A stretch of DNA of 64,000 bases from an uncultured Gammaproteobacteria bacterium (lineage in GTDB: Bacteria > Patescibacteriota > Patescibacteriia > S139-126). This document shows, piece after piece, positions 8,492 through 18,329 of the stretch. Numbering within the stretch: the first letter of the stretch is position 1; every line of letters starts with the position of its first letter. Position numbers and translations under genes: made by a program. The stretch spans positions 90,890 to 154,889 of the forward strand of contig CAZUKA010000001.1 in assembly GCA_964620905.1 (NCBI GenBank), in the 5' to 3' direction. The notes beneath the pieces are model-generated. The model was not told the origin of the DNA. It saw nothing but the letters and a program-made list of their open reading frames with translations, and searched no databases.

Positions 8492-10090
8492 ATGCTAGAA
8501 AAAATTTGGTTTAAATTGAATAATACCACAACCGGCGGGGCAATCTTGATTGCCTTTTTTTCTGTATTTGCCAAAATTATTGGATTATTTAGAGATCGAT
8601 TATTGGCCGCAAATTTTTCAGGAAGTAATATTGATATTTTGGATGTGTATTATGCCGCGTTTAAATTGCCGGATTTAGTTTTTAATACTTTGGTATTGGG
8701 AGCACTGGCTTCTGCTTTTATTCCCGTGTTTGTAAAATATTTACAAAAAAATAAGGACGAGGCCAACCAAATTGCCAATTCACTTCTCAATTTATTATTG
8801 CTGGTTGTGGGTGTATTGACAGTGGTATTTATAGTTTTTGCTCCTTGGTTTACTCATCTAGTTGTACCGGGTTTTAGTGGTGATAAATTTGAGCTAACCG
8901 TCAGATTTACTCGAATTATGTTTTTGGCTATTTTATTTTTTACGGTTTCCAATGTTCTCTCGGGAATTTTAAATTCTTATAAAAAGTTTTTATCTTTTTC
9001 TTTAGGGCCAATTTTTTATAATTTTGGAATTATTCTGGGTATTTTATTTTTTACTAAATTTCTGGGCCCAGAGGGTCTGGCGTGGGGTGTGGTTTTTGGT
9101 GCTTTGCTGCATTTATTGATTCAGTTGCCAGAAACATTTACAACGGGTTGGCGTTATCGATTTGATTTTTTCTTTAAACATCAAGCGGTGAGACGCATAA
9201 TCACTCTGATGATACCAAGAACATTTGGTTTGGCGGTGGCACAAGTCAATCAAGTAGTAACGGTGATCATTGCTTCTACTTTAACCGCTGGATCAGTCGC
9301 ATATTTTAATTTGGCCAATAATTTACAGTCTTTCCCGATTTCTGTTTTTGGTGTGTCAATTGCTATCGCCTGTTTTCCTGCCTTTTCCCAAGCTTTTGCT
9401 GAAAAAAATCAAGAAAAATTTATGGTCAGTTTTAGTGTCAATTTCAGGCGTATTTTGTACTTGATTGTGCCTTTTTCAGTTTTTCTACTTTTACTGCGAG
9501 CACAAATTGTGCGGTTGGTTTTGGGAACCGGCAATTTTACCTGGACTGATACTATCCAAACCGCCCAAACTCTGGGTTTTTTTTCCTTGTCTTTATTTGC
9601 CCAAAGTTTAATCCCACTTTTATCCAGATCCTTTTATGCTTTTGAAGATACCAAGACGCCGGTGATAGTTAGTATATTTTCTTTTTTAGTAAATATTATC
9701 GGAGCAATTGTTTTGGGACAAAAGTTTGGTATTTTTGGCGTGGCCGTAGCTTTTTCTCTTGCCTCGATTTTAAATTTTATAGCCTTACTTACTATTTTAA
9801 GGTTTAAAGTAGGTTATTTGGATGATAAAAAACTGGCTTGGTCTGCCTTGCAAATAAGTTTTTTAAGTTTACTTTGCGGTTTATTGGGTTATCTGGTGAT
9901 GCATGTCGTTGCGCCACTGGTAAATATGCGTACTTTTTGGGGAATTTTTATTCAAACTATTAGCACCTTGTTTATTGGTGGCGGGGCTTATATAATACTG
10001 TCAGTTTTATTTAGATTTGAAGAAGTTGAGATTATTGGTAAATTTTTTGGAAGATATTTGAAGATTTTTCAGAAGAATAATGGCAACTAA
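8492..10090 (+). CDS. murJ: Lipid II flippase MurJ (MviN)
   Basis: N-terminus 'GGAILIAFFSVFAKIIGLFRDRLLAANFSGSNIDILDVYYAAFKLPDLVFNTLVLGALASAFIPVF' is characteristic of MviN/MurJ. About 14 TM segments. Confidence 0.85.
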   Translation: MLEKIWFKLNNTTTGGAILIAFFSVFAKIIGLFRDRLLAANFSGSNIDILDVYYAAFKLPDLVFNTLVLGALASAFIPVFVKYLQKNKDEANQIANSLLNLLLLVVGVLTVVFIVFAPWFTHLVVPGFSGDKFELTVRFTRIMFLAILFFTVSNVLSGILNSYKKFLSFSLGPIFYNFGIILGILFFTKFLGPEGLAWGVVFGALLHLLIQLPETFTTGWRYRFDFFFKHQAVRRIITLMIPRTFGLAVAQVNQVVTVIIASTLTAGSVAYFNLANNLQSFPISVFGVSIAIACFPAFSQAFAEKNQEKFMVSFSVNFRRILYLIVPFSVFLLLLRAQIVRLVLGTGNFTWTDTIQTAQTLGFFSLSLFAQSLIPLLSRSFYAFEDTKTPVIVSIFSFLVNIIGAIVLGQKFGIFGVAVAFSLASILNFIALLTILRFKVGYLDDKKLAWSALQISFLSLLCGLLGYLVMHVVAPLVNMRTFWGIFIQTISTLFIGGGAYIILSVLFRFEEVEIIGKFFGRYLKIFQKNNGN

Positions 10091-10094
10091 GAAA

Positions 10095-10160
10095 TTAACT
10101 AATAACTAATAACTAATTACTAATGACTAATGAATTTATTAATTAGTTATTAGTAGATTG
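10095..10160 (+). repeat. Low-complexity tandem and inverted 'ACTAAT' hexamer repeats downstream of murJ
   Basis: taactaataactaataactaattactaatgactaatg, then its inverse attagttattagtag. Confidence 0.4.
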
Positions 10161-10262
10161 TGTCATTGATTAGTAATTAATAATTATAGATTATTATACA
10201 TATTGACCACTTGTTTAAACCCGAGTCAGCAGCGAGGCAAGAGTTAAAAATTATTATTTTTT

Positions 10263-12041
10263 ATGGATAGTAAACAAATTCGCAATTTTTGTATCATCGC
10301 CCATATTGACCATGGTAAATCAACTTTGGCTGATCGGTTGTTGGAAATTACCCACACGGTTGATAAAAGAAAAATGAAAGATCAACTTCTTGATCAAATG
10401 GATTTGGAAAGAGAGCGCGGAATTACTATCAAACTAACACCAGTTAGAATGCAGTGGCAGGGAGTAGAGCTTAATCTGATCGATACGCCGGGGCATGTTG
10501 ATTTTGCGTATGAAGTTTCTCGCAGTTTAGCGGCTGTGGAAGGGGCGTTATTGTTGGTTGATGCTACTCAAGGAATTGAAGCTCAAACTTTAGCAAATTT
10601 ATATTTGGCACAAAAACAAAATTTAGTGGTAATCCCAATAATCAATAAAATTGATTTACCAGCGGCGGATGTAAATACAGTTACGGAAGATTTAGTTAAA
10701 TTGTTAAAATGTTCTACCACCGATATTTTGTTGGCTTCAGGTAAAACTGGACAAGGGGTAGAGGGTATATTGAATACAATTATTGAACGGATCCCGCCGC
10801 CCCAGGGACAGGTTGATCTACCTACTCAAGCTTTAGTGTTTGATTCTTTTTATGATGAATATCGAGGAGTGGTGTCCTATGTCAGGTTGAAAAATGGTCA
10901 AATAAACAACAACGATAAAATAAAATTTCTTTCCAATCGCACTTTAACCGAAGCGCTGGAGGTTGGTTGTTTTTCTCCAACTATGACTAAGTTAGATAAA
11001 CTTTCAGCAGGCGAAATTGGTTATATAGTAACTGGTTTAAAACAAGTGGGTGAAGCTAAAATTGGCGATACCATAACCAACCACCTAAGTAGCCAAATCA
11101 CAGCGCTAGCTGGTTATGAAGAAATGAAACCAATGGTATATGCTGGTATTTATCCCAAAGAAGGTGATGCTTTTGCTGAGTTGCGCGAAGCGATGGAAAA
11201 ATTAAAATTAAACGACGCGGCTTTACTCTATGAACCAGAATCATCTTTAGCTTTGGGTTTTGGTTTTCGGTGTGGTTTTTTGGGGTTGTTGCATTTGGAG
11301 ATATTTAAAGAACGAATTAGACGAGAATATGAACTAGAAATAATAGTTACTACACCATCGGTGGCTTATCAAATAGTAGACAAAAAAGGTCAGAGTAAAA
11401 TTATTCATTCCCCAGAAGAATTTCCTTCGCAAGAAAAGCTGGAAAAAGTTTTTGAACCGATTATGCGGGTAGAAGTTTTAACACCTAAACAGTATGTCGG
11501 CAATGTAATGAAATTGGCCAGTGATAAGCGCGGTCAATATGTTGATACGACTTATTTGGATGAACAGAAGGCCATTTTGCATTATTTTTTACCACTTACC
11601 TCGCTGTTGGTTGATTTTTATGATACACTAAAAAGTATCAGTAGTGGTTATGCTAGTTTAAGCTATGATTTTTTTGATTATCAAGTCTGTGAATTGGTTA
11701 AACTTGATATTTTAGTAGCCGAAGAAAAGGTTGAGGCTTTATCGACCTTAGTCTATGAGGATCAAGCTTATCAGATAGCTAGACAAATTGTTAAGTCATT
11801 GAAAGAAGTTTTGCCTCGGCAGATGTTTGAGGTAAAAATCCAGGCTACGATTGGCGGTAAAGTGATTGCCAGCGAAAGATTGTCAGCACTGAGAAAAGAT
11901 GTCACAGCCAAACTTTATGGTGGTGATGTAACAAGAAAAAGGAAGTTATTGGAAAAACAGAAAAAAGGTAAAAAGAAAATGCAGCGCCGTGGTCGAGTAG
12001 AAATTCCCTCCGAAGCCTTTATTGCTTTATTGAAAAGATGA
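10263..12041 (+). CDS. lepA: Elongation factor 4 (LepA)
   Basis: 'IRNFCIIAHIDHGKSTLADRLLE', 'DTPGHVDF', 'NKIDL' G-motifs, and the LepA-specific C-terminus. Confidence 0.95.
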   Translation: MDSKQIRNFCIIAHIDHGKSTLADRLLEITHTVDKRKMKDQLLDQMDLERERGITIKLTPVRMQWQGVELNLIDTPGHVDFAYEVSRSLAAVEGALLLVDATQGIEAQTLANLYLAQKQNLVVIPIINKIDLPAADVNTVTEDLVKLLKCSTTDILLASGKTGQGVEGILNTIIERIPPPQGQVDLPTQALVFDSFYDEYRGVVSYVRLKNGQINNNDKIKFLSNRTLTEALEVGCFSPTMTKLDKLSAGEIGYIVTGLKQVGEAKIGDTITNHLSSQITALAGYEEMKPMVYAGIYPKEGDAFAELREAMEKLKLNDAALLYEPESSLALGFGFRCGFLGLLHLEIFKERIRREYELEIIVTTPSVAYQIVDKKGQSKIIHSPEEFPSQEKLEKVFEPIMRVEVLTPKQYVGNVMKLASDKRGQYVDTTYLDEQKAILHYFLPLTSLLVDFYDTLKSISSGYASLSYDFFDYQVCELVKLDILVAEEKVEALSTLVYEDQAYQIARQIVKSLKEVLPRQMFEVKIQATIGGKVIASERLSALRKDVTAKLYGGDVTRKRKLLEKQKKGKKKMQRRGRVEIPSEAFIALLKR

Positions 12042-12139
12042 TGAAGAAAAAAAATATTCAAAAATTGGTTTGGGTGGTGATTGCTGTTATGGTGACTTTT
12101 ACCATGGTTTTATGGTCGTTGGGAGCGGCTTATTTTTAA
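12041..12139 (+). CDS. Possible 32-aa hydrophobic peptide overlapping the lepA stop
   Basis: ATG overlaps the lepA TGA ('tgATGa' arrangement). 'MKKKNIQKLVWVVIAVMVTFTMVLWSLGAAYF*'. No independent support. Confidence 0.2.
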   Translation: MKKKNIQKLVWVVIAVMVTFTMVLWSLGAAYF

Positions 12140-12143
12140 TTTT

Positions 12144-12785
12144 ATGGTGGAGGTACCACAATATTTTCAAAAAAAATTACACCCTGATGAAGAGTTGATA
12201 CTTTTTGTCAGACCATTTGGTTTAGTTTATACTGGTTGGTTTTTGATGTCGGCAGTTTTACTTTTGGGCGCCCTGTATTATTTTTTCCATTTACTGCGTT
12301 TTGGATATTTTGGTATGTTTATTTTTGTGTTTGTATTTTTGTTGGGATTTTTTAGTTTGGTTAAAACTTTGGTAGTCTGGCGCTTAACTGCAGTAGTGGT
12401 TACCAATAAGCGTATTATTGATTTTGATCAACACGGTTTGTTCGTTCGTCAGTTGTCAGAAGCGCCACTGATCAACGTGCAAGATATAACTTTATCACAG
12501 AAAGGGGTTTGGGAATTACTATTTAATTTTGGTACCATTAAGATTCAGACCGCTGGCACCAGTGCCGTGTTGGAATTATCACATATTCGTTATCCCCGGC
12601 GGGTGCATGAAATTTTAGTTGAGTTAAAAGAACAGGTGAATAGTCAGTCAAAAACACAAACAAATGATTGGTCAACCGATCCGCAATGGCAAGCTTTTTT
12701 GCAGGTTTTGGAAAAAAAGAAACAGGAGATTGGTGAAAAAAATGTTAAGGAAGCTTTGGCCGAATGGTTAAAAAAAGAAGACTGA
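12144..12785 (+). CDS. Membrane protein with a bacterial PH (YdbS/YdbT-like, DUF304) domain
   Basis: Two TM helices followed by 'VVTNKRIIDFDQHGLFVRQL...GTIKIQTAG'. Confidence 0.55.
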   Translation: MVEVPQYFQKKLHPDEELILFVRPFGLVYTGWFLMSAVLLLGALYYFFHLLRFGYFGMFIFVFVFLLGFFSLVKTLVVWRLTAVVVTNKRIIDFDQHGLFVRQLSEAPLINVQDITLSQKGVWELLFNFGTIKIQTAGTSAVLELSHIRYPRRVHEILVELKEQVNSQSKTQTNDWSTDPQWQAFLQVLEKKKQEIGEKNVKEALAEWLKKED

Positions 12786-12822
12786 TTTGGCATAATTTTA
12801 TTTTCCCATTATAATATAATTT

Positions 12823-13212
12823 ATGACCATGGGAAAAAAGGAATTTTGGCTGAAGCGGTTATTTCGCTCCAATATGTTTTTTGTTTTAGTGTTATTGTTA
12901 TTGTCGTTATTTTCAGTTTCATTATTTCGGGAGATTATGCGGAAACTGGAAATTAAAAATGAAGTAAAAAAGTTGGAGACTGAGGTAGCGGAACTGGAAA
13001 ACCGCAATACCGAATTGCAAACAATGATTCAGTATTTTCAAACGGATGAATTTATTGAAAAAGAGGGTAGGGCTAAGTTGGGTTATAAACGACCTGGTGA
13101 AACAGTTGTTGCCGTGGCTACTGCTAGTCAGATAAATCCCGCTACTTCAACTGCACCTGGTAGCGGTGAACGGACAAATTTACAATTATGGTTTGATTAT
13201 TTTTTTAAATAA
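12823..13212 (+). CDS. Septum formation initiator, FtsB/DivIC family
   Basis: N-terminal TM, coiled coil 'LEIKNEVKKLETEVAELENRNTELQTMIQ', then 'DEFIEKEGRAKLGYKRPGETVV'. Confidence 0.7.
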   Translation: MTMGKKEFWLKRLFRSNMFFVLVLLLLSLFSVSLFREIMRKLEIKNEVKKLETEVAELENRNTELQTMIQYFQTDEFIEKEGRAKLGYKRPGETVVAVATASQINPATSTAPGSGERTNLQLWFDYFFK

Positions 13213-13215
13213 AAT

Positions 13216-14511
13216 ATGACAGAAAAAAAATTGGAAAATATAAATGATTCAATTTCTGACGAACAAAAAGCCAACGAGCTTGATCCAAAGTTGTCAAAAA
13301 TTAGAGACTCGGTTTTACAGGCTATAAGTGAACCTACCGAGAGCGAACCAGCCAAGACCAAAAAAACCACCAAAAAAGTCTTATCGGATAAGGCGGTTAA
13401 AAAGTCAGAAGTTTTAAAACTCACCAAAAAAAGTTTTATCGAAAAGAAAAAAAACACAAAAAATAATAGTGATGACAAAATGACACCCCAGGAAATTATC
13501 AGTCAAGAATCCGAGCAACCAAAAGACAAATCTGTCCTTGGTGAAAAAGAGCAAATAGGGGCTAGCTTAGTTGGAAAACAAGATAGTACCAAACAAAAAA
13601 AACCAGCAATATTTAAGATATTTTTTTTAAGTATTTTAAGCACAGCCGTGCTACTGATTTTGGTTTTGAGTGTTGGGGTTTATATATTTGGTTGGCGTCA
13701 ACCTGTGGTTAAACAGATAAGTAGCTATTTGTATTTTCCCGCTGGATTTTATGGTTATCAGCCAATTAGTTTGAAAGCCTATTGGGCAGATATTGACACT
13801 CTGACCTATTTTTATCAGCACCAAGTAGAACAGGGTGCTTACAAAGAGATGCCACCAACAGAGGAAATTCAAAAAATTGTTTGGGACCGTTTATTGAATA
13901 TGGTGATTATACAACAATTAGCCAAAGATTATCAGGTCAGCGTTAGTCCAAGTGATATTTCGTCTGAAATTGATCAAATAGTCAGAGAAGCCGGTAGCCG
14001 AGAAAAATTGGCAGAAAACCTATACGAATTTTATCATTGGGATATTGAAACGTTTAGCGCCAAAGTGATCGGCCCATTTATTTTGGAACAACGGGTGTGG
14101 GAAAAAATAAATGCTGATCCAATTTATGATCAGGCGGCCCAAGCCGAAGCCCAAGAAATTCTGGCCCAAGTTAAATCCAATCCTGAAATATTTTCTCAAG
14201 CCGCCAGTGACAAAAGTGATGACTTAGCTTCCGCAGCCAGGGGTGGGGATTTGGGTTATTTCAATCAGGGGGTAATGGTACCAGAATTTGAGCAAGCTGT
14301 TTTTAAATTGCAGGTTGGTGAAATTAGCGATTTAGTAAAGACTCAGTTTGGTTATCACATCATTAGATTGGACGATAAAATAGTATCCGAGACTGACCCG
14401 AATGATATACAAGTAAAAGCCAGTCATATTTTGATAGCACCGCAAAATTTAAATGATATTTTAGAAAAAAAGAAAATAGACAAAAAAATTATCCAATTGT
14501 TGGATAATTAA
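13216..14511 (+). CDS. Membrane-anchored PpiC-type peptidyl-prolyl isomerase (PrsA/SurA-like foldase) with a lysine-rich N-terminal tail
   Basis: C-terminal parvulin domain 'GGDLGYFNQGVMVPEFEQAVFKLQVGEISDLVKTQFGYHIIRLDDK'. TM near aa 130. K-rich first 120 aa. Confidence 0.75.
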   Translation: MTEKKLENINDSISDEQKANELDPKLSKIRDSVLQAISEPTESEPAKTKKTTKKVLSDKAVKKSEVLKLTKKSFIEKKKNTKNNSDDKMTPQEIISQESEQPKDKSVLGEKEQIGASLVGKQDSTKQKKPAIFKIFFLSILSTAVLLILVLSVGVYIFGWRQPVVKQISSYLYFPAGFYGYQPISLKAYWADIDTLTYFYQHQVEQGAYKEMPPTEEIQKIVWDRLLNMVIIQQLAKDYQVSVSPSDISSEIDQIVREAGSREKLAENLYEFYHWDIETFSAKVIGPFILEQRVWEKINADPIYDQAAQAEAQEILAQVKSNPEIFSQAASDKSDDLASAARGGDLGYFNQGVMVPEFEQAVFKLQVGEISDLVKTQFGYHIIRLDDKIVSETDPNDIQVKASHILIAPQNLNDILEKKKIDKKIIQLLDN

Positions 14512-14540
14512 AATAAAGTCAAAAGAATCGTATAAATGTT

Positions 14541-14616
<76 letters not shown>

Positions 14617-14657
14617 CAAGCAAAATGCAGAATTTAGGATTAAGAATAAAAATAATT

Positions 14658-14731
14658 TGGAGCGGGATACCGGAATCGAACCGGCGCTCTATCCTTGGGA
14701 AGGACATGTACTACCACTATACTAATCCCGC
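14658..14731 (-). tRNA. tRNA-Gly (anticodon CCC)
   Basis: Reverse complement: acceptor gcgggat/atcccgc, anticodon arm tgtcc-ttCCCaa-ggata, T-arm gccgg-ttcgatt-ccggt, CCA encoded. Confidence 0.8.
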
Positions 14732-14734
14732 CGG

Positions 14735-14860
14735 CAACTGCTATGGTGGATAAAGGAAGCTAAGGTACTACCACTTACTATGCTCGCATATTTACAGAGC
14801 AAACTAACTTTACAGGGAAAGCAAGTACACCACCAAGTACCAATCTCGCTGACAATTAAA
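14735..14860 (-). repeat. Two degenerate copies of the tRNA-Gly 5' half (tRNA-like fragments, not complete tRNAs)
   Basis: Reverse complement contains 'gcgagcatagtaagtggtagtac' and 'gcgagattggtacttggtggtgtac', resembling 'gcgggattagtatagtggtagtac' of tRNA-Gly. Neither has a matching 3' acceptor strand. Confidence 0.35.
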
Positions 14861-14898
14861 ATGATATTACTAACTTAGTATAAAGAAAAAAAAGTTTC

Positions 14899-16017
14899 AT
14901 GCCAAGATTTATAAAAAAGACTATTTTATTTGTGGGTATATTTGGCACAATAATTTTTTATACCTCAACTGTCAGGGCCAATGGGGTTAGTTTTGTTGAT
15001 ACCACCAAGTCCGAGCAAACAATTAGTTTATTATCTGATCAGGTTAGTATAAGATTTTCCGTTAGTTCTTTGACTAAACCTAGCCGGGTTGGTTTTTGGA
15101 TTGATGATTCAGTCGTAAATTCCAACGAACAGTTGAGTCCAGTTTATGCCTGGCAAATATTGGATGCTGAAATTAACAGTAAGGTCTTTTTAGAACTACC
15201 CGTCCCGAGTATTGAGACAAGTTGGCAGGTACATTTTTCACCTGATGGAAAAAGTTTTCTACCGACCGCTTATGAATTAGCAGCAGAAAAAATAATTATA
15301 CCTCTACCGGACGTTTCTGGCCGGATTTATCTTAGTAGTTTGGTTCTTTCTGACTTTAGTATTTATTTAGATGCTGAGACAGTAACGAAAGGTTACCCAG
15401 TAAAAACACCGGATAGTTATTTTAATTTTCATATATTACCTGATGCACTGTTGCAACCTACCAATATTACTATCAAACCTCTAAATCTAGCAGCTTTTAA
15501 CATTCCTGCTGGATTGGAGTTAGTTTCGCCAATTTTTTATTTTTATATAGATGCTGCCAACAATGCATTTCCACAAAAAGATTTACCAATTGATATCAAA
15601 TATTTTGGTGACAATACAAATACCAAGGATATTTATTATTGGGATAATGTAAACAAGATTTGGTTGCCTTCACCTTCGATTACTCGTTATTTGGAGGGGG
15701 TGGTTCGAACACACACCCATCAGCGGGAGATGATTTTGGCAATTTTTAGTAATGGTATAATGGAGAAGGGTGTTGCCAGTTGGTATCGATATAAAAATGG
15801 GGATTTTGCTGCTTCACCTGATTATCCCAAAGGTACAAAGTTGAAAGTGACCAATTTAGCCAACTTAAAATCAGTAGTTGTGACTGTCAATGATTTTGGG
15901 CCTGATCGTAGTATCCATCCGGACAGAGTGATTGATTTGGATCGAGTGGCCTTTGCCAAAATTGCTGATCCTAGCGCTGGGGTAGCAGTCGTGGCGGTGG
16001 AAGAAAATTATTATTAA
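14899..16017 (+). CDS. Secreted RlpA-like protein (C-terminal double-psi beta-barrel domain)
   Basis: Signal/TM at N-terminus. C-terminus 'GVASWYRYKNGDFAASPDYPKGTKLKVTNLANLKSVVVTVNDFGPDRSIHPDRVIDLDRVAFAKIA' matches the RlpA/DPBB_1 pattern. Confidence 0.7.
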   Translation: MPRFIKKTILFVGIFGTIIFYTSTVRANGVSFVDTTKSEQTISLLSDQVSIRFSVSSLTKPSRVGFWIDDSVVNSNEQLSPVYAWQILDAEINSKVFLELPVPSIETSWQVHFSPDGKSFLPTAYELAAEKIIIPLPDVSGRIYLSSLVLSDFSIYLDAETVTKGYPVKTPDSYFNFHILPDALLQPTNITIKPLNLAAFNIPAGLELVSPIFYFYIDAANNAFPQKDLPIDIKYFGDNTNTKDIYYWDNVNKIWLPSPSITRYLEGVVRTHTHQREMILAIFSNGIMEKGVASWYRYKNGDFAASPDYPKGTKLKVTNLANLKSVVVTVNDFGPDRSIHPDRVIDLDRVAFAKIADPSAGVAVVAVEENYY

Positions 16018-16020
16018 CTT

Positions 16021-16701
16021 ATGATTGAGTTTAAAGGTATTACCAAATATTATCCACCAGATGTTTACGCTTTGCGTGATGTTAGTTTTAAAATTGCCCC
16101 CAAAGAATTTGTATCTATTGTTGGTCAGTCTGGTACTGGCAAAACTACCTTGGTAAAATTGATAATTGCCGAAGAAAAACCAACCCGAGGGAAAATTTTG
16201 ATTGGTGATTGGGATATCACTCATGTTCGTCCTTATGAATTGCCAGTTCTTAGACGTCAGATTGGAGTGGTTTGGCAGGACTTTAAACTGTTGCCAAAAA
16301 AAACCGTATTTGAAAATGTAAGTTTTGCTTTGGAAGTTTGTGGGCAGTCACCGGAACATATCAATCGAGTAGTGCCGCAAGTTTTGAAAGTAGTGGGGCT
16401 TTTTGACAAACAGCATCGTTTCCCATACCAACTTTCTGGTGGCGAACAACAACGAGTTGTGATAGCTCGGGCTTTAGTGCATAAACCAAAAATTTTGATT
16501 GCTGACGAACCAACCGGCAATTTGGATGCTATCAACACCCAAGGGATAATAGAAATTTTGAAAAAAATAAATGAACTAGGTACTACGGTGATATTGGTGA
16601 CGCACGATCGGGAAATTGTCAACGGTTTGAAAAAAAGAGTGATTACCTTTGATGCTGGTATGGTGGTTTCTGACCAGTCCGAAGGTAAATATATGTTATA
16701 G
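16021..16701 (+). CDS. ftsE: Cell-division ABC ATPase FtsE
   Basis: Walker A 'GQSGTGKTT', signature '[15 protein letters not shown]', Walker B '[12 protein letters not shown]'. Followed by an FtsX-like gene. Confidence 0.85.
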   Translation: MIEFKGITKYYPPDVYALRDVSFKIAPKEFVSIVGQSGTGKTTLVKLIIAEEKPTRGKILIGDWDITHVRPYELPVLRRQIGVVWQDFKLLPKKTVFENVSFALEVCGQSPEHINRVVPQVLKVVGLFDKQHRFPYQLSGGEQQRVVIARALVHKPKILIADEPTGNLDAINTQGIIEILKKINELGTTVILVTHDREIVNGLKKRVITFDAGMVVSDQSEGKYML

Positions 16702-16711
16702 TTAGGGTTTG

Positions 16712-16769
16712 CGACTTAGATTTTAGATTGATTTCTAAATCCTAAATCCTAAATCCTAAACCTAATTAA
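16712..16769 (+). repeat. Tandem heptamer repeat (AATCCTA x4) with an upstream inverted copy, between ftsE and ftsX
   Basis: ttagattttagattgatttctaaatcctaaatcctaaatcctaaacctaa. Confidence 0.6.
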
Positions 16770-17687
16770 ATGTTTTTAGTTTCAGTTTTTCGAGTTTTAA
16801 AATTTGCTGTGGTAAATTTTTGGCGCAACATTTGGTTGGCAATAGTAACTACCACCATTATGTCAATGTCTCTGTTTGTAGTGATGGTGTTATTGGGTTT
16901 GAATTTAGTTATCAGTCAAGCAATAAATTCTTTACATGAGCAGGTGGATGTGTCAGTTTATTTTAAGAGTGATATTACGCCGGAAGTAGTACAAGAATTT
17001 CAGACCAACTTACAACAGATCCCTGGTGTCAAAGAGGTGGTTTATATTTCCAAAAGTGACGCTTTGGATAATTTTCGAAATAAATTTGCCGATAATCCCG
17101 TAATCTTGGAATCGCTCAATGAATTGGAAGAAAATCCTTTGGGGGATACATTGATTATTCAAGCCCAATCAATCAATGATTATGATTTGGTTTTGCAAGT
17201 TTTAAATAGTGAGGAATTGTCAGCTTTTATTCAAGAAAAGAATTTCCAGGATTATGACAGTATTATCAGTAAGATTTCAGAAATAAGTTCTACTATCAAC
17301 CGTATTGGTTTATTTTTGAGTGTTTTGTTTTTATTGATTGCCATTTTAGTCACTTTCAATACTATCAGGATTGCAATTTATACTTATCGCAGTGAACTGG
17401 GTATTATGCGTTTGGTGGGCGCCAGTAAAGCCTTTATTGAATGGCCGTTTTTTGTAGAAGGAGTAATGTATGCGGTGTTGTCGGTAATTATTACCACTGT
17501 GGCAATCTATCCTATGGCTGGTGCCGCCCAACCATTTTTGGATAAGTTTTTTGGTACTAGTACCCTGAATTTAATCAGTTATTTCAATAGTAACTTTTTC
17601 AAAATTATCGGTTTGCAGTTATTGGGGGCAAGTTTTTTGAGTATTTTCAGTTCTTGGTTGGCAGTCAGGCGTTATATCAGAAATTAA
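16770..17687 (+). CDS. ftsX: Cell-division permease-like protein FtsX
   Basis: Four TM segments with a large first extracytoplasmic loop. Immediately downstream of ftsE. Conserved C-terminal region 'LVGASKAFIEWPFFVEG'. Confidence 0.75.
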   Translation: MFLVSVFRVLKFAVVNFWRNIWLAIVTTTIMSMSLFVVMVLLGLNLVISQAINSLHEQVDVSVYFKSDITPEVVQEFQTNLQQIPGVKEVVYISKSDALDNFRNKFADNPVILESLNELEENPLGDTLIIQAQSINDYDLVLQVLNSEELSAFIQEKNFQDYDSIISKISEISSTINRIGLFLSVLFLLIAILVTFNTIRIAIYTYRSELGIMRLVGASKAFIEWPFFVEGVMYAVLSVIITTVAIYPMAGAAQPFLDKFFGTSTLNLISYFNSNFFKIIGLQLLGASFLSIFSSWLAVRRYIRN

Positions 17688-17690
17688 TAT

Positions 17691-18329
17691 ATGATCACGG
17701 TAGTAATTCCGGTTTACAACGAAGCGGCGACGATCAGACAAATTGTGACCACTTTGTTAACTGGTAAAGAAAAATTTTCAATCATTGTGATCGATGACGG
17801 TTCAACAGATAAAACTGCTGAAACTTTGCGCGATTTATCCATTGTCTTACTTAAACATCAATTCAACTTGGGTAAAGATCGAGCAGTTTTGACAGGTGTC
17901 AAAGCAGTACTCACCGACAAGGTGCTTTTGCTTGATGGTGATTTGGTTGGGCTTAATAGTGAACATATTAATAAAATTATTTCGTTTGCTGATAATTTTC
18001 GTATGGTTTTGGGAATTTTAAAACCGCGTCATTGGTGGCACTGGTTATTTTTTTTAAATCGTTATTTTATTTCACGGACCGGTATCAGATTAGTCAATCG
18101 CGATGATATTTTGTCTTTGCCCAGTGAGAAACTCGGTCAGTTTCGTCTGGAATCTGTTTTAGCCAGTCTAAGCTACCAAAATAAATGGCCGGTAAAGAAA
18201 GTTATTTTGTCAAGAATCAGGCATTATAGTAAAGAAAAAAAATACGGTTGGAAGTTCGGATTGATTCGTCGCTATCAGATGCTGCGGGATATTTTCAAAT
18301 TTTATGTCGGCAAATACACAATCAACTAA
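17691..18329 (+). CDS. Glycosyltransferase family 2 (short form)
   Basis: 'VVIPVYNEAATI...IIVIDDGSTDKT' plus a 'DGD' motif. Confidence 0.6.
   Translation: MITVVIPVYNEAATIRQIVTTLLTGKEKFSIIVIDDGSTDKTAETLRDLSIVLLKHQFNLGKDRAVLTGVKAVLTDKVLLLDGDLVGLNSEHINKIISFADNFRMVLGILKPRHWWHWLFFLNRYFISRTGIRLVNRDDILSLPSEKLGQFRLESVLASLSYQNKWPVKKVILSRIRHYSKEKKYGWKFGLIRRYQMLRDIFKFYVGKYTIN

Noticed and set aside
10204-10262. TTGACC -35-like hexamer upstream of lepA
   Set aside because: No acceptable -10 element at 16-18 nt spacing. Left unannotated.
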